Assembly: GCA_013265495.1 (NCBI GenBank) | Contig: MU058000.1 | Coordinates: 496,001 to 560,000, forward strand | DNA: 64,000 nucleotides | Source: Vicugna vicugna | Lineage: Eukaryota | Direction of reading: 5' to 3' | Shown: piece after piece, positions 13,361-26,459 of the stretch | Position numbering within the stretch: the stretch's first letter is position 1 | Layout: every line of letters starts with the position of its first letter | Notes under the pieces: generated by a model | Told to the model about the DNA's origin: nothing | The model's database searches: none | The model's input: only the letters and a program-made list of their open reading frames with translations | Position numbers and translations under genes: made by a program

Positions 13361-14522
13361 TTTTAAACAATGAAGATGCAAATTTAAAATGGTGAATAAA
13401 ACTTTTCCTTACTACCTTACACAAGATTGCTTTAGTGAGACTCAGGTTTTTTCAGTTACTGGGATGGGAGAGGATAAAAGCATATGCCTCAGAGAGTTGT
13501 CATGAATATTCAATGAAATTAATGTGTGGAAACTATTTAGCAAAGTGCCTAGCATATGGTAAAATTTCAATGGTAGCTGTTGACTTTATGGTGGACCAAC
13601 CCCTCATTTTAAAGCTGACAGTGCTGTCACCCAGACATTCTTGTTCTCCTCACAACTCCACCCTCTCTTACCTCTGCATGGGTTTTATTCTCAGACAGCC
13701 TTGCAATTTGGTGGCAAATGTGACCTTAGGTGCTCTAGGCTTACGCTGTCTTCATTGCTAATGATCCTAATGAGAAGACTGTACCTTTGCCCAGAGATTT
13801 GTGGGTGGTGAGCAGAGTATGGGGTCAGCCCCACTTGAACCACACGAAAAGTATTTATAAAACAGGGTTTCTGTTACTAGAAAACACAGATCTAGGAAAG
13901 GCAGGCTAGGTGAACAAGAACTATACCTACCACAGTTCACTTCAGTGAGACAAGGTGAAAAATGAAGTATATGTGTGGTGGTTGTGTGTGTGGAGGAGGG
14001 GTGTGTATGCACACATATGTGTTTGTGAACTGTGACTGTGACTTAGATGAAGTCTAAAGCAATGAACTGGAAACCACAAAAATGATCAGTTCCTAAAGAA
14101 AAGAAGAGAAGAGTGAGCACCCAAATTAAAAGCTCATTTTCATATTTGCATTCAAATTCCTTCATTTTACACTATTTTGCACAATACCTGATTATTTAAT
14201 ATGTGAGGTCAAATGCAACACTATGGATTAGAGCAATCAAATTAGTATTCCTGTGACTGCAATGATCAGAAACCTATCTCAAATTACCATTTGATGAAGA
14301 TAAAGTTGAGAGTTGAAGGTAGGCATGCACCTACCTGGAGATCACAAGTCCAAACCAGATTTCTGTACCAGGTGGATGCAGGTGAATGAACCTGCTTGTA
14401 TTTGCACAGACAAAAACAGACAGGTACACCCATGAGATTAGATCCTGTAATATTAAAAGAATAGGAAAGGTGGAACTCCTTGAACAAGATTCCATAACAA
14501 CTGAAGCTCCAAACACACGGGC

Positions 14523-14571
14523 AGGGGGAGAGTATGGCTCAGTGGTAGAGTACGCACTTAGCACGCACAAG
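14523..14571 (+). mobile_element. 3'-truncated tRNA-Ala-derived SINE/tRNA fragment (vic-1-like head)
   Basis: gggggagagtatggctcagtggtagagtacgcacttagcacgcacaag. A-box and AGC anticodon region present; no B-box or tail. Confidence 0.75.
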
Positions 14572-14829
14572 AGAGACGGAATAAAATGAAAGAAAGGGTC
14601 TACTGGGGATCATAGGCTGAGAAAGTAGAGTTCTCTGACGTAGGTGGTACATACTAAGGGACAAAACATGCATAGAGCAAGATGAGTGGGCTCAAAGAGC
14701 TCCCAAAACCCCACAAGATACCCTGCAGTGACAGGGTATCTTCCAAACAAGCTAGCTCTTCAAGAAGCTATCCTGTTTGGCAGACCAGATTAGAAACTGT
14801 GAATGGTAAGCACCTTAGGCTCTCAATCT

Positions 14830-14960
14830 GCATCCTCTACAGAATGTAAACTCCACGGAGGCAAGGATTTTTGTCTGTTTTATTTATTGCTATATTCCCC
14901 AAACCTAGAGCTGCACCTGAGAAAGTGGATAATAAATATTTGTAGGATGGATGGATGATG
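14830..14960 (+). mobile_element. L2 3' terminus
   Basis: tgtaaactccacggaggcaaggatttttgtctgttt...aataaatatttgtaggatggatggatg. Confidence 0.8.
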
Positions 14961-15149
14961 GAAGAGAGATTATGGCTAAACCACCCCATTAATATACTTA
15001 TATGTGATACCCATACACACAAAACTTTATATTATTTGGGGCCTTGATGTGAACTAAAAAATCTTCATGCCATCCCAGAGAACCTCTCTGTGCCTTTACA
15101 TATTCTTATGCATTATTCTGCCACACCCAGACAAACACTTTTATTTATA

Positions 15150-18050
15150 AAAAAGAATTTGATAGGATTTATGCAAAAAAAAAACCCTATTCAAATAACA
15201 AAGAAAAGGAACAAAACAAATAAAGATCATACAAAGGACACCCACCAAGATATTTTTATTGTTATAAAGCAAACAAAACTTGTGACCAGACTTTTCTGTG
15301 AGTTCACAAAACTTAATGAGATACAAAGTCTCAAGGTAAAAAGAATATGAAAACATAAAAAAAAATTTTAATTGGCAGATCTTGAAGTGAAAAAGAAAAA
15401 TAAAATTATCATAGAAATAAAAGCCTTGATGGGAACAGCAGAGTTGCCAATGCTGAAAATACATTCAAGCCATTTTGAGAAAACTGAGCGAAATGGAATA
15501 GAAAAGAATAAAGATTAGAGAGGGGAAAATGTAAATAAAGAACACGGATGGAAATTCAACAGGTACAACATATGTTTTAAAGGCAAGAGCAGATCAAATG
15601 GATTCCGAAAATATACCAATACATGTCAAAAAAGAAAAGAAAGAAAAGAAGACTTGAATCTGTAGAATTAAAGGGCACAGTATTCTAGCAGACATAAATA
15701 TTTACTAATACCCATAGACAATCTGGTAGTTAATGGATTTCGAAGAAAAAGAAAAAGAAAAAAGAGTATCCAGAGAGGTGGCACATAAAGATCTCATCTT
15801 AAAAACTAACGAATTAAGGTAACTTCAGATTTTCCACATCCAGTGCTAAGAAGAATAGAGTCAGATCTGAAAAGTTCTCAGGGAAGTAAAGTGTGACTCC
15901 AAAATTAAATACCAAGACACACTAAGAACCTTAACTCACTGTTCAGATCTGCAGTAACTTTTTTCAAATATGCAAGAACTTAGGGAAATACAAGCTACAT
16001 GAGTTTTTAAAAAATAATTATCAAACCTAAGCCAATCAAGATACAAATTTACTGCATATAGTTGTCAACTGAAATAGATGCACAGCCTTAAAGTTGAGAG
16101 TTATGTTTTATTTGGCGGACGTTTCTGAGGACTCGAACCCCTTCCAGCCCAGGATGCAGCCTCTCAGATCGCCCTGAGGCACTGGAGGCGCTAGGCTATA
16201 TAGGAGCTTTACAACAAAGCCCAGGGAGTTGGAACAATAAAAGATTACTTGTTATCTAAAGAAAACCAGGCATCTCAAGTTAAAGAATTTAGTGCTGCTT
16301 TTCCATGTGAGGGAGGAAGCAAACATTTGGGCTCATTGAATTCATTTCTTTGACAAGCATCCAGCTATCTAGGGCCAGCATCCTGTCCTTTCTTATCCCG
16401 AGTCCCCTCAGGGTGCACCATTGTGAGTGGCTGCAGAGGCTGGGCTGCGGGCTTGTCTTCACTGGGGGGTGGCGGCAGCCGCTGATGACTTGATGCCTTC
16501 AGCATTCTTTGTTTACTGATACGGTTTGTAGTATTTTTCATTCACATAGTGAGAGGACCATCCGTGAGCACAGAGTCATTTTATATGTAGAACTCAGGTT
16601 AAAATAACTTGGGGGAATTACAATTATAGGACAGATTTTAAATGTAATAAATTATCACTGTAGAAATAATGTAACTAATAAAAGCCACAATCTAGAGAGA
16701 AAAGAAGATGGAGATAGTGTAAGTATACTGATTTCCTTATCTTCAAAGTATGTTTTTAAGGCTGATCTAAGATCAAGTATATAACTAAACAAAATAAGTG
16801 TGGCAGAAAAGGAAAGCAAGCAGGTGAAAGAAATGGAAAGTGTTTCATTCAGAGTGAGACATTAATAGATACTGGTTAAAGAGAGAACTTCCTCTGTTAT
16901 ATGAAATTGTATTTTAGAAGGTGACAAGAAAGTTACTAGAACTAAAATTGGACCTTAAATCTTCCATATTATGAAGAGAAATATGCACACATGCAAAATA
17001 AACCTAAGAAATCACAAATGAATGGTAAAATAGTAAAAACAAAGTTTGAAAGACTTCTGCTTTCAGGAACATTCACAGTAACACTCACAAAGTATGCACA
17101 TAACATGAAGCACTCCTACTGAGAAAAACTGACAAAGCAGGGTAAAGAAATTTTTTTAAAATCTCACAGCCATCAAGGCAGGAAAAAATTGCAACAAAGA
17201 GGAGGAAAAAGGAAACCGGAAGAGGTGAATCCCAGGAGCGGCCCTTGATTCTGGAAGAGGTGGTTAAGGGAGAAAGTGAGCAGAGGTTTTGGCTAGATGG
17301 GCTAGGTGGTTAAAAAAATTCTAACTCTAAGTTCTGTCAAGGAGGGGTCTCTGATAAAGCCCCACACATTGAGTTGGGATCGCAAAGGGCTTCACCTAAG
17401 AAGAAAGAGTGACTGGAAGAAACTTGGGGCTGAAGTACAATTTCAAATCATCTCAGGCGCTGTAGCTGGGTTAAGGTGATGTAAGCTTGCTGGTACACCT
17501 AACCACCTGCCAAAGGCAAATGCAAATTCTTGCTGGAGGAAGTTAATTACAGGCCTCAAATTACTTCAACATTTTTTCCCGTGTACAATGTCCTGCACAC
17601 AATAAACGATAACTAGACAAATGGGGAAAAAAAGATGATTTAATTTAAACATCAAGAGAAACAACAGCAATAGAAATGGATGAACAGGAGATTCAGAAAA
17701 TGAGTTGTCAGACAACAACTTAAAATTTTTTAATAGAAAGGATTTTTAAAAACCCATTCTTTAATAAGATGACTAAAACTGATAAACCCTTGATGAGGCT
17801 TATCAAGAAAAAAGAATCAGAAATGAAAAGGGATATATCACTACACAGCTTACAGATATTTTTAAAATTATATTATTTAAAGATATTATTGACAACTTCA
17901 TGTTCCTAAATTTGAGAATTTAAATAAAATGGGACACGTTTTTAGGAAAAAATACAACTTACCAAAACTGACAAAAGAAGAAATAGAAAATCTGGACCAA
18001 TAAACTTAAGGGAATTAAAAATCCTAACAAAGGCTCACTGTAATTTCCCC
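15150..18050 (+). mobile_element. Ancient L1 fragments (ORF1/ORF2 regions), interrupted by an ERV1 LTR
   Basis: A-rich sense L1 motifs (aaatacaacttaccaaaactgacaaaagaagaaatagaaaatctg; gaaatgaaaagggatatatcactaca). Confidence 0.65.
16063..16546 (-). mobile_element. ERV1-class solo LTR (484 bp), 4-bp TSD tagt
   Basis: TG...CA termini. tagt at 16059-16062 and 16547-16550. AATAAA and a TATA-like box on the minus strand. Confidence 0.9.
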
Positions 18051-18081
18051 AGAATTTTCCCACTCTCTTTTTCCACTCAAC

Positions 18082-18890
18082 TTTTTTTTTACCACGTGCT
18101 TGTATGATGTTTTCTTGTCTTTTTTTTTTTTGAAACATTTTTTATTGCGTTATAGTCATTTTACAATGTTGTGTCAAATTCCAGTGTAGAGCACAATTTT
18201 TCAGTTATACATGAACATACATATATTCATTGTCACATTTTTTTTCCGCAGTGAGTTAACACAAGATCTTGTATATATTTCCTTGTGCTGTACAGTATAA
18301 TCTTGTTTATATATTCTACATATGCCTGATAGTATCTACAAATTTTGAACTCCCAGTCTATCCCTTCCCATCCCCCTCCCCCTTGGCAACCACAAGTTTG
18401 TATTCTATGTCTATGAGTCTGTTTCTGTTTTGTATTTATGTTCTTTTTTCAGGTTCCACATATGAGCAATCTCATTTAATATTTTTCTTTCTCTTTCTGG
18501 CTTACTTCACTTAGCATGACATTCTTCAGGAGAATCCATGTTGTTGCAAATGGTGTTGTCAGTTTTTATGGCTGAATAATATTCCATTGTATAAATATAC
18601 CACATCTTCTTTATCCAGTCACCTGTTGATGGACATTTAGGCTGTCTCCATGTCTTAGCTGTTGTAAATAGTGCTGCTATGAACATTGGGGTGCAGGTGT
18701 CATCCTGAAGTAGGGTTCCTTCTGGATATAAGCCCAGGAGCGGGATTCCTGGGTCATATGGTAAGTCTATTTCTAGTCTTTTGAGGAATCTCCATCCTGT
18801 TTTCCACAGTGTCTGCACCAAACTGCATTCCCACCAGCAGTGTAGGAAGGTTCCCTTTTCTCCACGGCCTCTCCAGCATGTGTCATTTGT
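18082..18890 (-). mobile_element. Young lineage-specific L1, 5'-truncated
   Basis: Open ORF2 C-terminus ([10 protein letters not shown]...[12 protein letters not shown]...[14 protein letters not shown]), 3' UTR and poly(T). Nearly identical to the copy at 41342-42370. Confidence 0.95.
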
Positions 18891-19289
18891 TTCCACTTAA
18901 AATTTTATTTTCATATTTTTGAGAAAGCATTCATTAGGGTATGGGAATGTTTGGGGGATTTTTAAAATTATGAATACCGATTTCCTATTTCTTCACTATT
19001 TTATTGTACTCAATTTTATTAAACTCTCCTATGATTTGCTTTTAAGGATTATATATATTTGCTACTCAATTATATTTCAAACCATAGGAGGGCAGACCAT
19101 ATGGCATAAGAGTGAAGGAAGAAAATGAGAAAGGAAGGAGACATGGAAGAAGGGAGAAAAAAAGAGAACTGTTCTGATTTGAATTATTTCACGTCTGCAA
19201 CCACACACTTTGCCATCTATGTATGTAGCCTTCTGACATATAATAGTCATGAATAGTCATGGATGTTATTAAGTATGAAATACATTCAG

Positions 19290-19545
19290 AGAAGCAATAT
19301 GAAAAGTGGTTAAGGTGTGTGTGTGTGTGCACGCACACATGTGCACGTGCACACATGGCCAGATAGTCCTTGAGCAAGATCCTTGGACAAATTACCTAAC
19401 CTCTAACTTTCAGTTTCCTAATCTATAAAATAAAGATCATCATGGTACACCTCCCATATTGTTGTAAAGATTAAATGAGAAAATACATATGTTAGTACAG
19501 AGCCTAGGACATGGAAGAATTCTATGAATAGTAGTTATTGTTTAT
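19290..19545 (+). mobile_element. MIR SINE with internal (TG)n
   Basis: ccttggacaaattacctaacctct...tcagtttcctaatctataaaa...gttgtaaagattaaatgaga. Confidence 0.8.
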
Positions 19546-21169
19546 AATTATGATCAGGGAAAATAAGTAAAAATATACGTGACTCAATTTTAGGTTTTAA
19601 AATGTGTTCTTGAGGAAAAACTGAAGTCAATCCATCTTTTTAATGCTTATTTCCTAGAAATACAAATTTTCTGTACTAACTGGTAGAAATGAGTATGGCC
19701 ATTCTGGGAAACTGTTCTAAGTTGGCCTATCTGGTGACCTATGAGTTGATCAAAACATCCGACTTTTTTTTTTAAGAAAAGAGGGTGAAATAATAACTTA
19801 GCCTTTCTTAAAAAAAATATACTAGAGACTCTGCATCCTTGCCAGTCATCTGTTACACAGTTTGTTGAGACTGCCCAACATTGTCTGGAATTTCCAAGCC
19901 TCAGTGCTGTAAAAATAATTCACTAAAACTGTCCTCCGAATAGTTTTATATTGTGTACTTACTGGACACTGCACTTTGGACTATAATATAGGATAGACAT
20001 GCTGGAAATCATGTTGGGTTCAGTGAGAGTCCTGCATCCAGCCTATTTTGTCATAAAGAGCACCCACTGATGTCTAAGGAATGATGTTGGTAGGTTCTAG
20101 AATGTACGATTACTGGAGCACATTTATTGCAGCAAAGAGGGCAGTTAAGAATGGCTGATACAAACTCTGAAAAACAAGGTTATTGACGTTCCAGCATGAA
20201 CCTTCAAGAGCCCTTGAGGGGGAAAACAATTACTTTCACAGGGAACTTTCATTTGCCTGCTCTCTGATGTCTTAACAGAATAGGCTGAGTTTAGTTTTTT
20301 TTTTTCCCCTTGTCTCTTGGCTAAACAACCACAGAAAACTGATCCTTTATGTAATTTTAGGACAAAAAAATTATAGTTGATTTTGGGTGAATTCATTTTT
20401 CACCTCAAGGACTGAGCTCCAGACCATCACATCAAAATATATTTTCTTTAAAAAGCTAAAAATAAAAAAAAAAAGCTAAAATTTTTGCTCTGAATTTTCT
20501 TGAAAGTAAATTCTACTCCAATTATGATATGGGATGAAATATTTTGGTATTGATCCTTTTCTCAGTCAATGAATTAAAACATAGAGAAGCACTATTTTTA
20601 AATCATGCTAGAAGATAAATGTTAAATTCTTTTACCAACGGTCTTTTGTTTTGTGAAACCAGCTTTTCTATATCCAAAGGCATCACTCAAATAAGGACTT
20701 TACTGAAAAGTGTTTCTAGTCATTCTGAATGAAACTACCTCAGACTGCATACGATCTCCCAGATACTGATGTGTTTGGATTTCCCATCCATTTAGACTGT
20801 TTCATTCATAACAGAAAATCATGTGGTTTCATTTTTATTGTTTTTTTAATTGAGAGGATTGTCAGGAGGTAGAATGAATGCTGACGATGCTACATGGAGA
20901 GACAAGTCATTTCTAGATTGCCTCTTTATGAGTTATTAAACCCTATGATTACCCAAGTTTTCAAGTAAATTTGTGACCAGGATAGAAATAATAGTGGGAA
21001 AGAAGAGTGGACCTAAATCATAACTTCTATCATTCTGCAGGTGCTTATTATATCAATCCTATTAGCTTTATCTTAGCTTGGGAAGGTTTACTATGATAAG
21101 ACGTGGCTAGTCTGTTGTCTTAGTAATATGTGATATATATAAAATTCCTAGGACAACATCTGACATATG

Positions 21170-22375
21170 TAGGTATTTTGGTTATCTATTGCTGCATAAA
21201 AATTTAGAGGTTTAAAACAACCATTTTATTTATTTTTTTTATTGAAGTAAAGTTGATTTACAATGTTTCAGGTGTACAGCAAAGTAATTCAGTTATATAT
21301 ATATATATTCTTTTTCTGATTCTTTTCCATTATAGCTTATTATAAGATATTGAATATAGTTACCTTTGCTATACAGTAGGTTCTTATTATTTATCTCTTA
21401 TATATATAGTAGTGTGTATTTATTAACCCCAAATTCCAAATTTATCCCTACCCCCGCTTTCCCTTTGGTAACCATAAGTTTGTTGTCTATGTCAGTGAGT
21501 TTGTTTCTGTTTTGTAAATAAATTCCTTTCTATCGTTTATTTTAGATTCCACATATAAGTGATAACATATGATATTTGTCTTTCTCTATCTGATTACTTC
21601 ACTTAGCATAATAATCCCTAGGTCCACCCATGTTGGTGCAAACAGCAGAATTTCATTCTTTTTTATGGCTGAGTAATATTCCATTGTTTATACATACCAC
21701 ATCTTCTTCATCCATTCATCAGTTAATGGACATTTATGTTGCTTCCATGTCTTGGTTATTGTAAATAGTGCTGTTATAAACATTGGGGTGCATGTGTCTT
21801 TCTGAGTTAGTTTTCTCTGGATATATGCCCATGCGTGGGATTGCTGGATAATATGGTAATTCTGTTTTTACTTTTTTAAGGAACCTCCATACTGTTCTCC
21901 ATAGTGGCTGCACCAAACTACATTCCCACCAATAGTGTAGGAGCCTTCCCTTAAAAACAACCATCTTACTATATCTAATGATATTGTACATTAGGAACTG
22001 GGATAAGATATAGCTGAATCATTCTCTTGGCACTGTCAGAGTTCACTCAGTGGTATTCACATGAGAAGTGGTTATGGCTAGAGAGTCCAACATGGCTTCC
22101 TTCACGTGTCTGCTGCTTTGGTGGGGATGACTGGATGCTGGTCTCAGGTGGGACTTTGACTGGAACTCCTACACACGGCCTTTCTGAATGATAATTTCAG
22201 GGTAGCCAGACTTTTTTCATGAAAATTCAGGGCTCTCTAGGAAAATATTTGAAGGCACTCAAGCAGAAACTGCAAGATTTCTTTTAATCCACCTCAAAAT
22301 CCAAGAACTTTATTTCTGCTACATTCTTTGTTCAAGGAACCACGGAAAATTTGTAACCATCTTCTTACTATCACA
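21170..22375 (-). mobile_element. MaLR LTR (MLT1 family), split by an L1
   Basis: gttatctattgctgcataa at the start; gtccaacatggcttcc; ends in tatcaca. Confidence 0.75.
21231..21950 (-). mobile_element. 5'-truncated L1 with TSD aaaacaaccat(t/c)tta
   Basis: ORF2 end ([13 protein letters not shown]...), 3' UTR and poly(T), with duplicated flank. Confidence 0.92.
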
Positions 22376-22439
22376 GTGGACCTCAGTAAATCTTTTTTTC
22401 CCTTCAGTAGGAGTTTCTACATTATCTTATTTTCATTAT

Positions 22440-24000
22440 CTTATCTTTCCAAGTAACAGGAATGAAAAAGGGGAGCAGGAAATATAATCCATAACAAAGA
22501 GAAAAACAGTTAACAGCAACAGACTCAGAATGACAGAGATGATGGAATTAATGGGCAGTGACATAAAATGTCGTTATAAATCTTCTAAACAGCCTCAAGA
22601 AAATAAAATAGTACTTTAATGAGGTGAGAAATGGGAGAAATAAAAGAGCCAAATGGAATTCTATGGTTAAAAATATAATACATAAAATGAAAAAATTAAC
22701 TGAAAGGGCTTATTAACATTAAATACCATAGAAGGAAAAAAATGAGACCTTAAAGACTTAGCAACAGAAACTATCCAAAATTTAATTCAGAGGGGAAAAA
22801 GGATATAAAAAAATGAAGAGTGTATCAATGATCTGTATGACAATTTCAAATCATTTAACAAACATACAATTGGAGTTCCAAAAGAAGATGAGAAAGTGAA
22901 TAGAAAAAATGATATCTGAAGCAGTGATGATCAAAAGTTTTCCAAATTTGATAAAAAAAAAATCTACATGCACAAATCCAAGAAACTCTAATGAACCCCA
23001 AGAAGTATAAACATAAAGAAAACTATACCAGGGCACATCGTAATCAAATTGCTGAAAATCAGTCTTAAAGAGAGTATCTTAAAAACAACTAGAGAAAAAA
23101 TATACAGACTTCTTGTCAGAAACTACACAGATTGGACTGCAACAGAATGACATTTTTAAAGTACTGGAAGAAAAAAACAATCAACCTCAAAATTTTTTTC
23201 TCAGTGGAAATATCTTTCCCTACTGAAGGCAAAATAAAATCTTTTTCAGATAAAAGTTGAGCAAAGTCTCAATACTGCTAATTATCAGAGAAATGTCCAT
23301 CAACAGATATTTAGCTAAAAATATATGGGGTGTGTGTGTGTGTGTGGGTGTGTGTGTGGGTGGGTGGGTGTGAGGGGTGGGTGGGTGTGATGAAATATTA
23401 CTCGGCCATTAAAAATGAAATGGTGCCATTTGCAACAACATGGATGGACCTAGAGATTATCATACTAAGTGAAATAAGTCAGACAGAGAAAGACAAATAT
23501 CATATGATATCATTTACATGATAAATCTAAAATATGATAAAAATGAACTTATTTACAAAACAGAAGCAGGCTCATAGACATAGAAAACAAACTTATGGTT
23601 ACCAGGAAGGGAAATGGGTGGGAAAGAATAAATTGAGAGTTTGAGATTTGCAGATACTAACTACTATATGTAAAGTAGATAAATAACAAGTTTCTGCTGT
23701 ATGGCACATGAACTATATTCAATATCTTATAGTACCCTATAATGAAAAAGAATATGAAAAGGAATATATGTATGTGTATGTATGACTAAAACATTATGCT
23801 GTACACCAGAAATTGACACAACATTGTAAATTGACTGTACTTCAATTTAAAAAAAGTTGAGCAAAGTCATTGCCAGCAGACCTGTGCTTAAAACACCAAC
23901 AACAACAAATTAGAGGAAGTTCTTTAGGCAGGTAGACAGTGATACCAAATGGAAATTTGTATCTGCATAAATTAATGAAGAGCAGCAGAAACTGGGGTAG
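22440..24000 (+). mobile_element. Old L1 ORF1-region fragment (host of a younger L1)
   Basis: gcaacagaaactatccaaaa, taatcaaattgctgaaaa, gaaggcaaaataaaatctttttcaga. Confidence 0.75.
23269..23851 (+). mobile_element. 5'-truncated L1 with 17-bp perfect TSD aaaagttgagcaaagtc, an internal deletion and a (TG/TGGG)n tract
   Basis: TSD at 23252-23268 and 23852-23868. PFATTWMDLEIIILSEISQTEKDKYHMIS is the ORF2 terminus. Confidence 0.93.
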
Positions 24001-24044
24001 GAAGAATGCAGTTTGAAATCAATGTATAAGAGTTAAGATGCATG

Positions 24045-24062
24045 CACACACACACACACACA
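24045..24062. repeat. (CA)n microsatellite
   Basis: cacacacacacacacaca, seen directly. Confidence 0.9.
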
Positions 24063-24320
24063 AAAACCCCAAAACAAAAAGATGAAAGGATGCAAGCACA
24101 GAAAGGAGAATTAACTTATTAAAAACTATTAACACCTAAAATGCAAGTTGGGAATTGGAAGATCTTTTTGGTCATTTTTCAAATAAAATTATTTTTCTTC
24201 TTCCTAACAACAGCAACAAAAACAAAAAACAAAAACATACACATTCACATACATACATATACACATGCAAGCACCCCCACTCCTCCTTCAAATATGTTTG
24301 ATCCTGGTATTTAACATTTT

Positions 24321-24460
24321 TTAAAATTGATGTACAGTCAGTTTATAATGTTGTATCAATTTCTTTTGTAGAGCGTAATATTTTAGTCATCATATACATA
24401 CATTTATATTTTTCATGTTCGTTTTCATTACAGGTTACTACAAGGTATTGAATATAGTTC
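24321..24460 (-). mobile_element. Short L1 3' end with TSD cctggtatttaacattttt
   Basis: TSD copies start at 24303 and 24461. Antisense L1 terminus (ttgatgtacagtcagtttataatgttg). Confidence 0.88.
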
Positions 24461-24984
24461 CCTGGTATTTAACATTTTTGAATAGGAGATATAAATGATA
24501 AATCTATGCATACTATCTCTTCAGTGTCTAGTTCATTGTCCTGACTGCTTTGAAAGTTCCTTTAAGCCAACAGTCTTTTCTCCCTGAATAAAATTCACTG
24601 ACAATACTTTGAAATTTTAACAGGAGTTGGTGAATTTACGAACAGGCAGAGGAATGTTAATGTTATCCTCTGCCAAAGCTCACATTGCCATTTTAAGGAA
24701 AGCTACTTTCAGAACAGTATACAGATGACACGTGTTCACCAAGCTGCTTTTATCTGGAAGTACAATCTGAATGCCAGCTATGTTTATGGGCATCATTTTA
24801 GATAAGACCCCATACATTGTAATTCCTGACATTCATTCCATATTTTGCAATATATAATTCACTTCCATTTCTCCTCATAATAACTGAGAAGGGTGGATAA
24901 TATTATCACCCATTTTAGGTTGACATTCGAAAAGCCCTGACTCCCAGTGCATCACCCTGCTTCCTTCACTGACACTTTTATTCT

Positions 24985-25290
24985 CCAGGTTCTGTTATAA
25001 ACTGCAGCTTTCAGGGCTCAGCTTAAGTCAATCCCTTGGAGAGGACTTTTTATGCACTTGCATAGACCTGGACCCTTCCTTCATAGCACTAATACAATGA
25101 TAATAATACAGTTACTTAACTACATTAAATATTGTTTTTTTGTTTTTTTATGTCTGGCTCTCCCACTGGCCTCAGCTTTATGAAGTCAGGACCTTCATCT
25201 GACTTGTTCATCTTTGCATTCCCTGCACCATGCCTGGTGCTGGGAACACAGTAAGCACTCAGCAGATGGGTAGCACTAAATATGTGTTGA
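24985..25290 (+). mobile_element. L2 3' fragment
   Basis: tgacttgttcatctttgcattccctgcaccatgcctggtgctgggaacacagtaagcactcag. Confidence 0.7.
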
Positions 25291-26175
25291 TTCTTGAAGT
25301 GCCTGTGGGTCACAACTTCACAGCAAAGAAAGGAGTCTGTCTGGTTACACAGTTTCAGAAAGTACCACATCTATGTGTACTTATAATGGAAGGCTTGCCT
25401 GAATAGCTGACTGCTATTACTTTATTAGATGAACTTAAGTCACTCAAACTTTCTTCAGATTATTTATCCATAAAATAACAAAATTTAGAAAAATATACGG
25501 GTTTTAAACAGTGCTCCTCAAAGCCTAAAGGGTTCCACAGGGGTTGAGGAAGAGAGTTAAAGGGAACCATTTATATATTTTTATTTAAGTACCAAGTAAG
25601 AACGCTAAACAAGTTAGACAACAGTCCAAGGATAAGTCTGTAATAAAATTTCCCCAATAATATTGAAGCTGCACTGTCATGCTCCCTAGGAAATTAGAAG
25701 CAAATAAAATTGAGTAAAAATTTTAACACATAATGGAACGTAATAAAAATATATAAAATCTCTGAAAGGAAATAGAATGACCTCCGGCCATCTGATGGAA
25801 GAAAGCATCCATCAGGCAGAGGATAGACTGGCCGTGAACACAGAGAAAAAGTGGAGACACAGATGAGAACTGTGGAAATTTCCATCTAGTCAGTGTCTGG
25901 GACAAAAGAAACCTGAACCAACGAAAGCCAAGTGTTCTGACCCCACAGACAAGGTCATTCCCTGTAAGAAGGGGTGATGTTAGGCTCTCTGAGCCTGAAA
26001 ACATTTTTTAAAAAATGAGTTCATCTCCTTGTTCCGGTTGATTTCATGCTCTTCCAGCAATCTTCCGTCTTGATTCCCTGCAATAGTCTGCTCACAAGGA
26101 GAAATGGGCATGGCATCATGAGTGTTCTGGTCCACAGGACAGATGTATTTCCCATCCCTGATTAATAAATTGGCA

Positions 26176-26396
26176 GATACGAACTAATATATATATATAA
26201 TAAATAAACAACAAGTTCATACTGTATAGCACGGGGAACTATATTCAGTATCTTGTAGTAACATGGTGAAAAAGAATACGAAAATGAAGATATGTCTGTT
26301 CATGTATAACTGAAGCATTATGCTGTACACCAGAAATTGACACAGCATTGTAAATTGACTATACTTCAATAAAAATATGTATATACTAAAAAATAA
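26176..26396 (+). mobile_element. Short L1 3' end with 13-bp TSD taataaattggca
   Basis: TSD at 26163-26175 and 26397-26409. Terminus tgctgtacaccagaaattgacacagcattgtaaattgactatacttcaataaaaa. Confidence 0.9.
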
Positions 26397-26459
26397 TAAT
26401 AAATTGGCAAACTTATTATTTGTATGTTTTTGTATGTTTTTGTTTCTTAAAAAAAAAAG

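Noticed and set aside
25874..25883. Palindromic NF-kB-like site ggaaatttcc
   Set aside because: A single 10-mer with no supporting context; cannot be distinguished from chance.
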